Below are positions 30,965 through 43,557 of a DNA stretch of 64,000 nt, piece by piece. The stretch comes from Marsupella aquatica (Eukaryota; Plantae; Marchantiophyta), in assembly GCA_973895155.1 (NCBI GenBank), contig OZ316891.1, positions 1,727,324 to 1,791,323 on the forward strand, written 5' to 3'. Within the stretch, counting starts at the first letter, position 1. Every line of letters starts with the position of its first letter. Below the pieces are notes generated by a model. That model made no database searches and was not told the origin of the DNA. It saw only the letters and a list, made by a program, of their open reading frames with translations. The position numbers and the translations under genes were made by a program.

Positions 30965-33054
30965 TTGTACCTGAGAGTGAGTCTTACGTACATAGCTCAA
31001 GCGGACTCAGCACCACCGTCTGTTCCACATGATGAGTATCCCACAATCATTCCACCACTTGGCAATGTCGCATCGGAGGAGCTCGTTGATGATCTTGAGG
31101 CAGCTCTAGCAATTACACCACCAATGCTACGAAGGTCTTCACGTTCTACGAAAAGGAGTACCACCGAGAGTACCACCAATACAATTAATACTCTAATCTG
31201 GTCAACATTGTCTTTGTTGTCACATATGCCATCCAAGCTGTTGTACTCCTACTCCATGGCATTACATTCCTTGTCTACCACTGATCATGTATGGCATACA
31301 CATAGGGAGGCCATGATGAGTATATCTGATGCACAACAATGGTATGATGCAAAGCAACTGGAGTTGGCACAATTACAAAAATTGAAGGTTGCACATCTTA
31401 CAACTTTACCAGCGGGGGACTGCCTGATCCCATCAAAATGGGTCTACTCTTACAAAAGATTGACTGGACTCCACAAGGCAAGGTTTGTGGCTATAGGGGA
31501 CAAGCACAGGCCCAAGGAAGATTTTCAGGACACCTTTGCATCTGTGGTCCGACCCGAGACATTTTGCCTACTTATGGCTCTCATCACAACACAAGACCTT
31601 GAGGCTATTTAAGGCAATTGATGTGGTCACAATGTTTCCCTACGCTCTCATGGCTGGACAAATTCCCATTTACATTCCTCCACCTGGGTATGAAACATAT
31701 GATGTTCAAGGTAGATTACTTGTATGGCTTCTATTTAAAAGCTCTCTATGACTTGCGTCAATCTTTGCGTCTGTGGTACCTAGAGATACTGAGTATTTGA
31801 CAATATATGATTTCTTACCACTACCTTTAGATCCATGTGTATTGCGCCATTCATCAGGGGATCTACTCATGCTGTGGGTGGATGATATATATCATTGTCA
31901 TTTCAAGCAATGTTGAGGGCACTACGAGATTGCAAAATATTCTACAATCCAAGTATGAAATTCGTGAACTAGGTGATCTTACTGAGTACCTTGGCCTCAC
32001 CATTGTTTGGGATAGAGCTCGGGAAGAGCAAGAGGAATACTTTATCTCTCTCAAAATCAATACTGCTGAGAAAATTTTGCTCAGATTCCACATGGAAAAT
32101 CATGCAGCAACATCAGCCCCATCAAGCGACACCGATAGATTGCTTCCGAGCAATATGCAGGCAACCCCTGATCAATGTCAATTGTACCAATTGTTTTGTT
32201 GGCTCATTAATGTATCTCACAGTGTGGACTAGGCCGGATATTGCTAAGAGGTGTTCCCGGCTTGGGCAATTTGCCCACAATCCAGCCCCTGAGCATCAAA
32301 GTTACATTAGACATGTCATGGCGTATGTGGGTTCAACTGTCAACCTGGCCATTAAGTATCAACAGACCTGCTCACTTGGTTTTGGAGATACATTCTCTGA
32401 ATTTTCAGGGCTTTTCAAATGCATCACATGCAGGAAATGAAGTCGATCGGAAATCAACTTCTGGATACCTTTTTCAAGCTTGTTGCCGGGGCAATCAGCT
32501 GGAAGTCCTGCGAGCAACCTCTCACTGCTACTAGCTCCACTGAGGCAGAATACATGGCATACTCAATTGCCTGCAAAGAAGCTGTTTGGCTTTGACAGCT
32601 TCTTTCAGACCTCAAGCTTTGTTCTCCAGACCTGATATTCAACAGTTCTGATCTATGGTGATGATAAGCCGACTTTGGCGCTGACTGTGAATCCAAAACA
32701 TCATTTGAGGACTATTCAAGCACATTTCAATTTAGTGGCATTACGTGCGAGAATAGGTTCGCAAAGGAGTTGTCAAGTTGGAATACCTATCAACTTTGGA
32801 TGTGCCTGCAGATGGACTCACTAAACCACTGGCAGGAGCCCCTTTTTGAAGGTTTGTCGAATTGTTGGGACTGTGCTCTCTCCCCTCAACATTTTCCTCT
32901 GATTCTGGATGCTCAACCTATCAACTTTGGATATGCCTGCAGATGGACTCACGAAACCACTGGCAGGAGCTCCTTTTCGAAGGTTTGTCGAATTGTTGGG
33001 ACTGTGCTCTCTCCCCTCGACATTTTCCTCTGATTCTGGATGATCAAGGGGGTG
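30965..33054 (+). mobile_element. Degenerate Ty1/Copia pol (RT + RNase H) with PPT
   Basis: Motifs IPSKWVY, HKARFVA.G, KALYDLRQS, LWVDDI, VGSLMYLTVWTRPDI, DRKSTSGYLF, SSTEAEY across frameshifted ORFs; PPT aagggggtg ending ~33054. Confidence 0.9.
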
Positions 33055-33459
33055 TGTCAATCTGCCATATTTTGTCCGCTTCTCTAAATCTGATCATCTG
33101 AATTGAGTAAAATGATCTTCACCGTCCAATTTGGACCACTACACACTGTTAGTGTATTTAGTGAGCGGGATGTCGGGATGTCAACGTGTTTTTGCTGATT
33201 GTGCTTTCCAACTGTAGAGTGAGTGTCGCAGGTACACGCCTCCTCCTTTGTTTGAATTGTTTTCTCACCATGCGCGCCACCCTGTATTCTCAACGGGTTT
33301 GCAGCGCATCGGGTTGTATACTGCTCAACTCTGAGCAGTGAATCAAGAGCAAAAATACATCATTATTCATTCTATCTGAATCGATCTATTCGTGTGTACA
33401 CAGCTATCTCTTTGTTCACATCTCATGCTCATTTTGTGCTTTAGCTCGCATAGTTGACA
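33055..33459 (+). mobile_element. 3' LTR of the Copia element (~405 bp)
   Basis: Starts TGTCAA right after the PPT and ends TTGACA (perfect 6-bp terminal inverted repeat). Confidence 0.7.
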
Positions 33460-33470
33460 ACCATCAAAGT

Positions 33471-33688
33471 TGTTGGAACTAACGGCAGCATGGATCAGCT
33501 AGGATTGAACCTAGGACATCCTGTGTACATCATAGTGCTCTACCACTGAGCTAGAGGCCCTTCATGCCTACACCATCATAGTGCTCTACAAGTGAGCTAC
33601 AAGCCCTTCATGCCTACACCATCATAGTGCTCTACAAGCTACAAGCCCTTCATGCCTACATCATCATGAGTGTGGTTCATTTCTAACA
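33471..33688. mobile_element. Short LTR-like element (TGTTGGAA...TTCTAACA) containing a tRNA-derived segment
   Basis: LTR-type termini enclose a minus-strand tRNA-like sequence and ~45-bp internal repeats. Confidence 0.5.
33491..33560 (-). pseudogene. tRNA-derived sequence with Pol III A and B boxes; not a functional tRNA
   Basis: Minus strand reads GGGCCTCTAGCTCAGTGGTAGAGCA...CTAGGTTCAATCCTAG. D-stem GCTC/GAGC intact; anticodon arm and acceptor stem degenerate. Confidence 0.7.
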
Positions 33689-34116
33689 AACTAATCACCT
33701 GAATATATATATATATATATGAGATCAATCATTCGAACACTCGATGTGGGTCTTGCGAAATTTGAGATAGGAGCTCGGAGTCTCAAGCCTTGCGTTATGA
33801 AGGTGTCCAATCGACAGACAATATTGTAACTGAAGACTTGAACTGATGGGACAGAGCTGCCGAATTATATATCGATCATTCTAGCGAGGTTGGATGCAGA
33901 CAAGCTAGGAACTGGTGCATAAATCAAATACTAAACATGATGCACCTATTACTCGTTGATCACTTGATATGATCTAGACATACCTGATCTCCTTTAAAAT
34001 GACTAGATTTGTCTAGACCTACTGTAGGTAACCAGTTCCGCTCCAGCAGGCCGGCGCGGTCCAAAATGGAAGAATATTGTACAAGCCAATTACCTAAACA
34101 TCTATTGATGAATCGA

Positions 34117-37032
34117 TCAAAAAATTAGCGCGGGGAGAACTGGAAGGTGACCATCTTCGGGATCCCACATGTTAGAGCAGCTGGTGTTGCCGCCATTGCC
34201 CATGGTATCATATTTCATTGAGAGGGTGGGCGTCGGGTCCATGACCAGAATCTCATTTTCGTTCCCGAACGGCTGAAGGATATCCATGTCCCAGATGCTC
34301 ACGTCGTCGACGCTACTGCAATTGGATATCATCCCAAGATAGTGGGCACTGTTGGTAGACGACGAGTGGTCTGCACTGACCGATTCTTGGAGTTGGCAGG
34401 AGCTTTGCATGCGGGTTTGCATGTCATCTGTATCCCCAATATCCGTGAGCAAAAAAGAATTCAACTGCTGAATACTTTGTGTGCCAGTGCGTATGACCTC
34501 CGGTAATTGAACATGTGCCTCCCATCCATTTCTCGATGTGAGCCCAGATTCGTACGATGATGGAGTTGAGATTCCTGTACAACTCAGATTACTATTTTAG
34601 ATCGATAACAATGAATACACAAAATAAAGGTTAGAATGAAAAATTGAGCAAGAATCCAAAGGTTTTTTTCCCCTAATTACTATTTAGCCCAGGATAGGGG
34701 GATCGACAGATGAGGAGCCATATGTATAGGAGCTCAAGAGATTGTTGCGTTCAATAACAATGATGAGGTCCAATTATGGCCAAAGTAAAAGCTAGCTAAA
34801 TTACCTCCGTCAACCAGATATCCGCTGCTGGCGGTGGGTGTGGATGTGATGGACGGGCTTTCTCCAAAGACACCAAGCGGTTGCTGGTGTCTTTGGTCCG
34901 GGAATTGGAGCTCGAGATCCGAGTGACTGCAGCTGTTGCTAAAATCTGAAATCATGTGAGAGCACTCTCTGTCTGCACACCCGAAGCTGCAGTGCTGGAG
35001 GATGCTGACGGGAGAGCACGGGGAACCTAGCATGGATAGACTCTCCATGCCAGACTTATCCAGTGCGAAGCTGGAGCTGAGGGATCTGCTTACAGGAAGA
35101 GCATCTGACGCAACACAATGATGCTCTTTTAATTGAGGCAGCTGCATCATGTGCGAGTGATCGGGATACATCACGCTACCCCTCAGGAAGCTCTCGACAA
35201 GGGCCACTGATTTTTTATAGTTATCGTCACGTGTTGCGGCTGCTGTGCCACCGTTTGAGGATGCGTGATTGGAGGACGAGATAACAGACTTGGGCTTGAA
35301 TCCAACTGCTGCGTTAGTGGTCGATCTGTGAAACAGCTGCTGGGGTACTTGCGCAGGACTGAAATTGCACTGCTCATGTGATCCATCTTGCCCCTCGGCT
35401 AGGACGCCCGTTTGTAGCTGTTGCTGCTGCTTGCTCAACGATCGGTGTGTGTGTGGGTCGATTCCCATACTCCGTAGCTTCTTCTTGAGATGAGTGTTCC
35501 AGTAATTCTTAATTTCATTGTCAGTCCTCCCTGGTAGGCGGCCAGCTATCAACGACCATCTGCAACGACGCAAGTATTTGAACTCATTATCATTTCGAAG
35601 GTGCCGGCAGGGCTTCGTGCTGTAACATACACTTGGGGTATGGTGAGTTCGTTGCTACGAGGGAGTGTACGTCTTCAAACCATACAGTCATTCAATTACT
35701 GGAGAGATACAATTCTGATTTCTCGTGATTACTGGACAGATCGAATTCTGATTCTCTGAACTTTCGGCTCTCCGAGCGCCTTCGCGATTTACGGAATTCG
35801 TGACATACTGAGGGTACGCGTTCCTCATAAACAACAAAACGACACATAATTCTAGACTGTAGCAATACATGAATGATTGAGGAGGTTGTCGAGATAATCT
35901 TGAGAGCAAGCGTAGCTTGACTGACCTGTTGCCAAGAAGAGTGTGCAAGGTTATGATAAGCTGGTCCTCTTCCTCCGAGATGTTTCCGCGCTTAAGGTCA
36001 GGGCGGAGGTAGTTGATCCAACGCAGTCGGCAGCTCTTCCCGCAGCGCAACAGCCCTGCACACGTACAATAATTCATGTCGCCAATGTTTCAGATAATTA
36101 CTATCTCCAGGCAATTGACGTTGCAATTGGAGTTGACGAATCGGAAAACGTGTCATCCGTTGAAATATTCGCCAACGTAACACTCCAATTGAAACATCTA
36201 TCCTAGCTATAAGTAAGATCGAATGATCATCAGGCCATTCGAAATTGCTATGCTCGACATATCATATTTTGTCGTCGCGCGAACTCACCACACGCAATCG
36301 TTTGGAGACGAGGAGGCGAGAATGAAACAAAAAAAATGAAACAAAAAAAATGAATAAATGCACGTACCCTAGTACTTCGTAATATTTAGGCCAAACTAAG
36401 TCTAAAGGATCAGAATTGCTCAGTTCAAATTATCCATTGGTGCTGTGCACGCGAGTCAGTTAAGTATAAGTAATTTGATTTTGTGCAGGCAGCAAACTCC
36501 CTTTAGCCAGCCGTTCAGTAAGTCTGGCCAAGATGTAGAATTGTTCGTAGAGCGAAAATTCGAATTGCGGGCATGGGCACTTGCAAAATAAGTTTTTAGG
36601 CAATAATTCGACGACTCCTTACCAAAGTTATCCTCGAAAAATCTGCTCTCTAAAAAATTCTCAGAAACTGGCTTTCTGATGCGTCCAAGACTTGTGATTT
36701 CGAAATGATTGTCGCCAGAAAAACAACCAAAGTCAAACATCAACAAACGAATGGACAACGCAGCGCAAATCACAAGTCCAGAACCAAGACCCTAGTACTT
36801 CCATATCCGCGATATCATGGACCCCTGGCTCTGGTATTTCACAGTTCGCTTGAATTACACTACAGGATTATCACACATGTATATGACATCGGTGTTCACC
36901 AGCAGATTTTGGAAGCGTTCGCCAACAGCCTTCGCCATGCTTCGTAATATATTCCGTCAGCGTCAGATCCTCCTCCCTTGTCCACGGCCCTCTGTTCAGC
37001 CCAACTTTCTCGCAACACGGAGCTCGTCCCAT
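34117..37032 (-). CDS. R2R3-MYB transcription factor, 4 exons
   Basis: E1 37032-36900 (133 nt, [18 protein letters not shown]...); E2 36055-35926 (130 nt, [24 protein letters not shown]); E3 35559-34805 ([33 protein letters not shown]); E4 34574-34117 in frame via GT-AG. The 133/130 exon pattern is canonical. Confidence 0.92.
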
Positions 37033-39619
37033 CTTTCTAAACTAGCTTAATAAGCGCGGCCCGCCAACCTAAAACGCATTGCTGCACGCTCCCAGCAAAC
37101 TTACCTTTAACTTTTCCTCTATGCTAAATTCAGCACACGACGTGACTGTGTCAACTTCGAAGAATCCTCGACAAGCGCTTGATAGTCGCCAGAATTCAAC
37201 CAACCGAATTTCCTGCGCGCTCCTGCATAAGACTTAACAAGTTTTCAGTTCTCTGAAGCGGGGACTCATATAGACCGATCGAGAGTCACCTCGGTCGCTG
37301 GCTAGAACAACCTTCCTCTACAACTACCACAAGGTAAGTCAGTCGGTGCAATTCAGCCCAAGAGAGAGGTCTATAAGCGAGACTGACAGACCCAGCGAGC
37401 TTGCGAGCCGTGCGCAACTCAATTCTGAGCAAAGGAACCAAGGGATGCACGACGGCGGGGAATTCATGCAGTAGTACTGTCGCTCGATTCCACATCCCTG
37501 ACGAATGCTTCCAATGATTGCCACAGATTTGCCTAACCCGTTCCGACCGACGAGAAATGAAGTGCCCTTGCATCGCGGTAGTAGACTGATATGAAACACC
37601 GACTAGTTTCGTGCTCATGCAGAAACGCAGATTACATTCATGTGTATAGTGTGTCTCTCTGTGTCACTGTGTGTATATGTGTACAGTGTGGCCGCTCCGC
37701 TGACATTACTGTGTACCTCATTAATACCGTTCATGATTCTTGTGTTCATAGTTTTCAGTGCATTATTTTACGGAGAATATGGACACACAGCATTTGGATA
37801 GACTCATGGTGAAAGTATTTATATTTTCATTAACAAGTAGCCCTAACTTCCAATTTATTTAAAGAAATTTGCCTGAGCTTCCACTTTTTTTTAAAACTAG
37901 CTTGACTCTTTCCCAATGTTGGGTGGTGAATGTAAGGTGGTGAGGAGAGAAGATGTCAAGGCTCCGCAAAAATGTAAATGAAAGACAAAACATCCACTCC
38001 TAGACCTGCTAGGAGAAGAAGAGATGACATTGAGAATAGACAAAGATGTAGAGGAGAGAAAAGATGTTGAGTAGAGTCAAACATGTCAAAGAAAGACAAG
38101 TAAATGCAGGCAAGACAAAGAAATGCAAACACCACAAAGAAATGCAAATGAGGCAAATATTGCAGCCATGTCATTGTGACAAAGTGAGAGTGTTGCGCCA
38201 GAGGAGGGAGAATTGTTTCTAATATTTATTCTTTGTTTTTGTCATAGTTTCTTTGAAAGTTAAGCCCGGATGGACTGACGGAGGGATTTGTTGTCCCCAT
38301 CCCCATGAACTGTGTCAACACACACTACTTGAACAATTTACACCCAAAATCCACATTGTCAAGCCATCTTTAGAAGGACTCTTCACTTTTGAGAAGGATG
38401 CCCAGTCGAGTAGTTTCTCCAGGTGTCTTGACCAAGAGTAAAATGCTAGTTTGTGGCAAATTTGTGCATTTATTTGGACAACTTTTGGATTTCTATTTCA
38501 GCTCAGAATTTTCCAGCATGTTCTCCCATGTCCAACTTATTACCTGACAAAGTTCATTTTTTTCTGAAACTATTTGCTCCATTGCCTAAGATGCAATGAT
38601 GGTCAAATATTATGAACTAACCACCAATCAATGATTCACTAATGTGAATAACTCTCTCAATACTTGGGCACTTTGGGAAAGGATGTTTCACTATGTGAAG
38701 GACGCCCTGAGTAGGTTGCATGACTGTGCAAATGGTAAGGAGTCTGTTTACGGATCACATATGAGTCAATTAAACTGTAAAGAGTGTTGTACTAGTAGAT
38801 TTTGATGTTCTGAGTCAGTCCCTCCCAACTTTGGAAATCCATGGGGGCCTCACAACAAACCCTTCAGTCCATCCAAGCTTTACTTTCTAATTTTTTCCTT
38901 TCTTTATTACTTTATTTTGTTTCTTTTTCTTGTTTCTTGTTTTAATTGTGGGCAGGTGGGCAAGCGTACCAGAGTCCTGTGGGGTGCAGCGTCCACTTGC
39001 GAATATTTGCACATCAAAAACCAGCAGCATATGGTGTATTGCTCTAAACTCTAAAGTGCAGCATATACCTTGCCCTGCAGGCGTATCACGACCATACCAA
39101 ATTGGCACATGTACAGCAGTACCATGGATGTATGTGTAATGCAATGTACCTTGCCCTCCAGGCACATCGTGATGGTACGAGGCTTCAAGCATATTGTGAT
39201 ACATGTGCAGGCATACCATGGCTATATGCATGCCTAGTGCAAGGAGAGCAATTTTCAAATGGTCGAGCAAATTGTTTTTTCAACCAACAACCAACCACTG
39301 ATCTTGCATTTTTTGGGGGTTTGTAAGCGGACAGTGGTGAGAAAGTGACAAGACAATATATGATAGTAGTTGATAGTAAATCTGATTTTATACTAATGTC
39401 ATGTAATAAGAGTATGGGCAATAATAGCACTTCAAACTAGAGAACTAAAGACTTTCCACAGTATTACAACCCACAATTTTTTAGACATTATAACATATCT
39501 ACAACTATAATTAGTGATCCCGTCTTTTTTTATCCTTCGTCCCATTATGAAATCTAGAATCGACGGGAATCAAAACTGACGGTTAGATATTTTAAGGAAT
39601 TTTTGTACCTGTTTGATTA

Positions 39620-39870
39620 GCACTTGCCCTCTCTAGCAAGGCCTCCCACACCCGTGCCTTCATCATGGACCCCCACTCACGATATATGTATACGGGCATC
39701 AATGCTCGCTATGTTTCACCAGCCTTCACGATGCCTCGCCTTGATGCCCTGCCCTGCCTTGCTTTCCCCTCGGTCCACACCCTGCCTCGCCCCTGCCTCT
39801 CACCCCCCCGGCCCAACTCCCTATGGGCCGGCCCTCATTGCATTGTGCAACGCACAGGCATAGGGCTCGT
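39620..39870 (+). mobile_element. Helitron-like remnant (C-rich body, 3' hairpin)
   Basis: tgtgcaacgcaca hairpin then ggcatagggctcgt, similar to 29484-29508. Confidence 0.3.
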
Positions 39871-41473
39871 GAGCTAATAATACTGGAACACAAATAGCAT
39901 GGGTACTCTTAGGCCCAACTCACATCTGATGGTAACTTTGTTTTGCTGCACTCAAAATGACTCATGTCAGTTATTACACCATTCAGCGAGACTTTCATGC
40001 AGTAAACCCCTTGTCAGGCAGGCTTGAAGGCATCTCCTCTCGAGAACCAAGGGCTGGAATCTTTAGACTGGCCGTGTGAGGTCCCAACGTCAAACTTGGG
40101 AATAAAACAACAAAAAATCAGACCAGGACATGCAAGTATAGACATTCGCAAGAATGAGGGACTGCATAGGGACGCACGCATTGCACTGTCTTGATCATAT
40201 CCTGTTTTGAATCAAGTTCATTCTGCTTATTGTTACTTTTTTGGCTCTTAATAAGGGCCGCATTTTTCAGGACGGCCCACATGAGTAGGAGAGAGAATGA
40301 CTCCACTCGCTTTTGGTCAAATCCAAGGCAACAAGTGAAAATGTGAGGGTAGGGTCTCAATTAGTCTTCTAGGCCACTTCGTGGGTTCTTTGTTTTTTGT
40401 TACCTCTATTGTTGTGGGGGACTCCTTGGCTCTTGTGGGGGTCTCCTTGTTTGGCTTGTTGCTCGTCTTGGGGCCTTTTCCCCCAGAAGACAAGGAAGGG
40501 GAAAAGGTCTTGGGCAGTGGCATAATTATATAGCAAGTAACATCAAATAGGCAGGCTGGACAACAGGTGGCCCCTGCCCACCAATCAGTGAGGTGTGGAA
40601 GCCACCATCTCTCTTTTCTCCCAAAGAAGCGGAAAAGTTTTCCCAAGGGACTGGAGGACCTTTATTCCAGGACGCTCTCTGTGACGACACCATGACTCCT
40701 TCCTAAGTACCCCCCAACCTTCATTTCGCCGTTCTTTGCTCGTATGGCACTCGTTTTCCACAAATTCACAATGGCGAGCTCTGCATTGATCGATGTGGAG
40801 CAACAATTATTATACCGAACAACTGGGTGGGTCCTCTTCCCCGTTGGTGACAGCCGAGTGCTTTTCTGGGTTTGAAGCTCTCTGCGGGAGAACAGTTCCA
40901 AGGCGCGTCGATCAGGTGAGTTTCTCATGCCCAAAGCAAGTGAGTCGGCTCAAAGGGGATGAGCCGGTCTCCGCCACGATGTTTCAAAGCGTGATTCAGA
41001 AGCACGTAGTGGTGTTAATGGCGGAGAGGAACCGACTGTCTGCACTGTGTTGGGAGTTTTGATCCGTCTTGGGAGTTCTGATCCAAGCGTTAGAGATAGA
41101 GAGAACGGTGCAGGCTTCGAGGAGGAGCAACACTGAAAAGTGGGTCACGAAAACTAAGAAACGAGGAGCATTCGGCTGTGGAAGCGAAAGGGGAAGAAGA
41201 ATGCCGATGCTTCTCGAGTGAAGGAGGGGCGAAGCGGTTGCGCAAGTCGAACTGACAGGGCCCTGCAGGAAACACGATGGCTGAACGATTTAACTATGGA
41301 TGACCACAGCTCGGGCAAACGTTTTGGTTAATCTATGGCATTACAAACCTTCAGCTGAGGCAGCGTGGGACGCCGGACAGGCGCGAGTTTCATAGTGACG
41401 ATATCGGATTCACATTGACATTGACATTGGAATCCTTCCAGACAATAGCCACGATAAGCCAAAGACAGGCAGG

Positions 41474-42817
41474 ATGCGGATCCAGACTCTGAAGGAGTTA
41501 AGGGCAGGGGAATACGTTGGCACGAATAGGCTCAAGTTGGCATCATGTGGTCTGTCCGAATTTCCTCGGGAAATCCTCGACCTCGCGGACTCCCTCGAAG
41601 TCCTCGATCTGTCTGGTAATCCGCTCTCTCGACTACCAGATGACTTCAGTCGCCTGCAGAACCTCAAGATTGCGTTCTTCTCCGATTGCAGTTTCGCCGA
41701 GTTTCCGAAACAGTTGGCCCAATGCTGCTCCCTTGAAATGATTGCCTTCAGGGGCAATGGCATGACTACAATTCCTGAAGGTGCGTTTCCACCTGAGCTT
41801 CGTTGGCTCATCCTCACAAACAACCTCATTGAATCTCTTCCTCGGAGTGTTGGCGAATGCCATCGCCTTCAGAAAGCGATGTTGGCGGGAAATCGGCTGA
41901 CTACTTTACCGGATGAGATGGCCAATTGCAAGAAGCTGGGGCTGCTGAGAATATCAGCAAATAGGATCACCGATTTGCCAGCTTGGTTCTTTACCATGCC
42001 TGAATTGGCTTTCTTTGCCTTTGCTGGCAATCCGTGCGCCCCTTCGTTTGAAGACAATCCGGAGCTCGACGACATTCCCTGGTCAGACTTGTCAGTCAAC
42101 GAAATCCTTGGGGAGGGCGCCTCAGGAATCATTTTCAAAGGAACGTGGAGGTGTAAAGGAAATGAGAAGGATCAGGAGAAGGACGTGGCGATCAAATTGT
42201 TCAAGGGCAGTGTCACGAGCGATGGCTCCCCGGCTGATGAGATGGTCGCCTGCATTACGGCCGGCTCACACCCGAACCTCATTGATCCGATCGGTAAAAT
42301 TCACGGCCATCCAGAGGAGAAACGGGGCCTAGTCCTGCAGCTGATCCCGCCACATTACTCGAATCTGGGCCTCCCTCCCACGCTTCAGAGCTGCACCCGT
42401 GACTCCTTCGCTCCCGGAACATGCTTCTCGTCCGAAAAGTGCATCGTGGCGATTCTCCGCTCCATCGCTTCAGCGGCTGCTCATCTCCACGGCAAGGGAA
42501 TTGCTCATGGTGATCTGTACGCTCACAATGTCCTGATCGACGACGCTGGGCATGCGCTATTGGGAGATTTCGGCGCCGCAACGATCTATCGGAAGAGTCA
42601 TGCCAACGTCGAGGCCATTGAGCCCTTGGAGGTGCTGGCTTTCGGACATCTCATCGAAGATCTGTTGGGCTTGGTCGATCACGGGACCATTGATAACAAG
42701 GGAGCATTCGTAGCTGACCTTCACAGACTGCATGGTTGGTGTAGGCAGCCTGTTGTGCAAAAAAGGCCATCATTTGTGGAGATTTGCAAGGATTTAGACA
42801 ATTTGGAAGAGATGTAG
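41474..42817 (+). CDS. Intronless cytoplasmic LRR + protein kinase of microbial (fungal/bacterial) type
   Basis: 447-aa ORF with N-terminal LxxLxLxxNxLxxLP repeats; kinase motifs GEGASG, VAIK, HGDLYAHN, DFG; no signal peptide or TM segment. Confidence 0.88.
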   Translation: MRIQTLKELRAGEYVGTNRLKLASCGLSEFPREILDLADSLEVLDLSGNPLSRLPDDFSRLQNLKIAFFSDCSFAEFPKQLAQCCSLEMIAFRGNGMTTIPEGAFPPELRWLILTNNLIESLPRSVGECHRLQKAMLAGNRLTTLPDEMANCKKLGLLRISANRITDLPAWFFTMPELAFFAFAGNPCAPSFEDNPELDDIPWSDLSVNEILGEGASGIIFKGTWRCKGNEKDQEKDVAIKLFKGSVTSDGSPADEMVACITAGSHPNLIDPIGKIHGHPEEKRGLVLQLIPPHYSNLGLPPTLQSCTRDSFAPGTCFSSEKCIVAILRSIASAAAHLHGKGIAHGDLYAHNVLIDDAGHALLGDFGAATIYRKSHANVEAIEPLEVLAFGHLIEDLLGLVDHGTIDNKGAFVADLHRLHGWCRQPVVQKRPSFVEICKDLDNLEEM

Positions 42818-43148
42818 ATGGAGATTATTCATTTCTTCACAAGCGCCGCTTTGGCAATCAACTTTTTGGATAATTGACCTCCTAGTAGATGGTCTGTCAA
42901 GGTAGAAAGTAGTCGAAGTTGTTCTACCTCCTATCAAAGCAACAGGCGAAAGCTTATGCATAAGCTTAGTCGATTGGACTATATTGGACTAGAATAGAGA
43001 AATTCTTTACCATAATTTATCTTAGATCTTAGGAGAATTACAGCATTCATTCAGACGTCAAATTCTTTCATTTTACATTGATTCTTCCATCATCGTGCGA
43101 TTCGTTTTCAGTTCTTTCTACTTCCGGAAACGAATTTCACTGGAAGCT

Positions 43149-43557
43149 TATTGAAGCAATTCTTACTGCTCGAAGCAGCATTAACTTTTTCTGTGTTTCG
43201 GACCCATTCATTGGCTGCGCTGTTTGCAACTATTACCGATGTCAATCTTGTTCAATGGGAAATTATCTATATGTTCAATCTTTCTCGATGGGAAATTATG
43301 TGTCTATTCGTCTTCTTCAATGGGAACTCTCTATATATTCATCGTGTTTTTAATATTGAAGCAATTCTTACTGCTAGAAGCAGCATTAACTTTTTCTGTG
43401 TTTCGGACCCATTCATTGGCTGCGCTGTTTGCAACTATTACCGATGTCAATCTTGTTCAATGGGAAATTATCTATATGTTCAATCTTTCTCGATGGGAAA
43501 TTATGTGTCTATTCGTCTTGTTCAATGGGAACTCTCTATATATTCATCGTGTTTTAA
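43149..43557. repeat. 205-bp tandem duplication with nested ~31-bp subrepeats
   Basis: tattgaagcaattcttactgct at 43149 and 43354; each unit has three ttc..tct....c.atgggaa subunits. Confidence 0.92.

Noticed and set aside
33491-33560. Functional tRNA gene
   Set aside because: Acceptor stem and anticodon arm do not pair; embedded in a repeat
35481-35530. miR828/miR858 target sites in the MYB
   Set aside because: About five mismatches to the miR828 complement as I recall it; the similarity is explained by conserved codons
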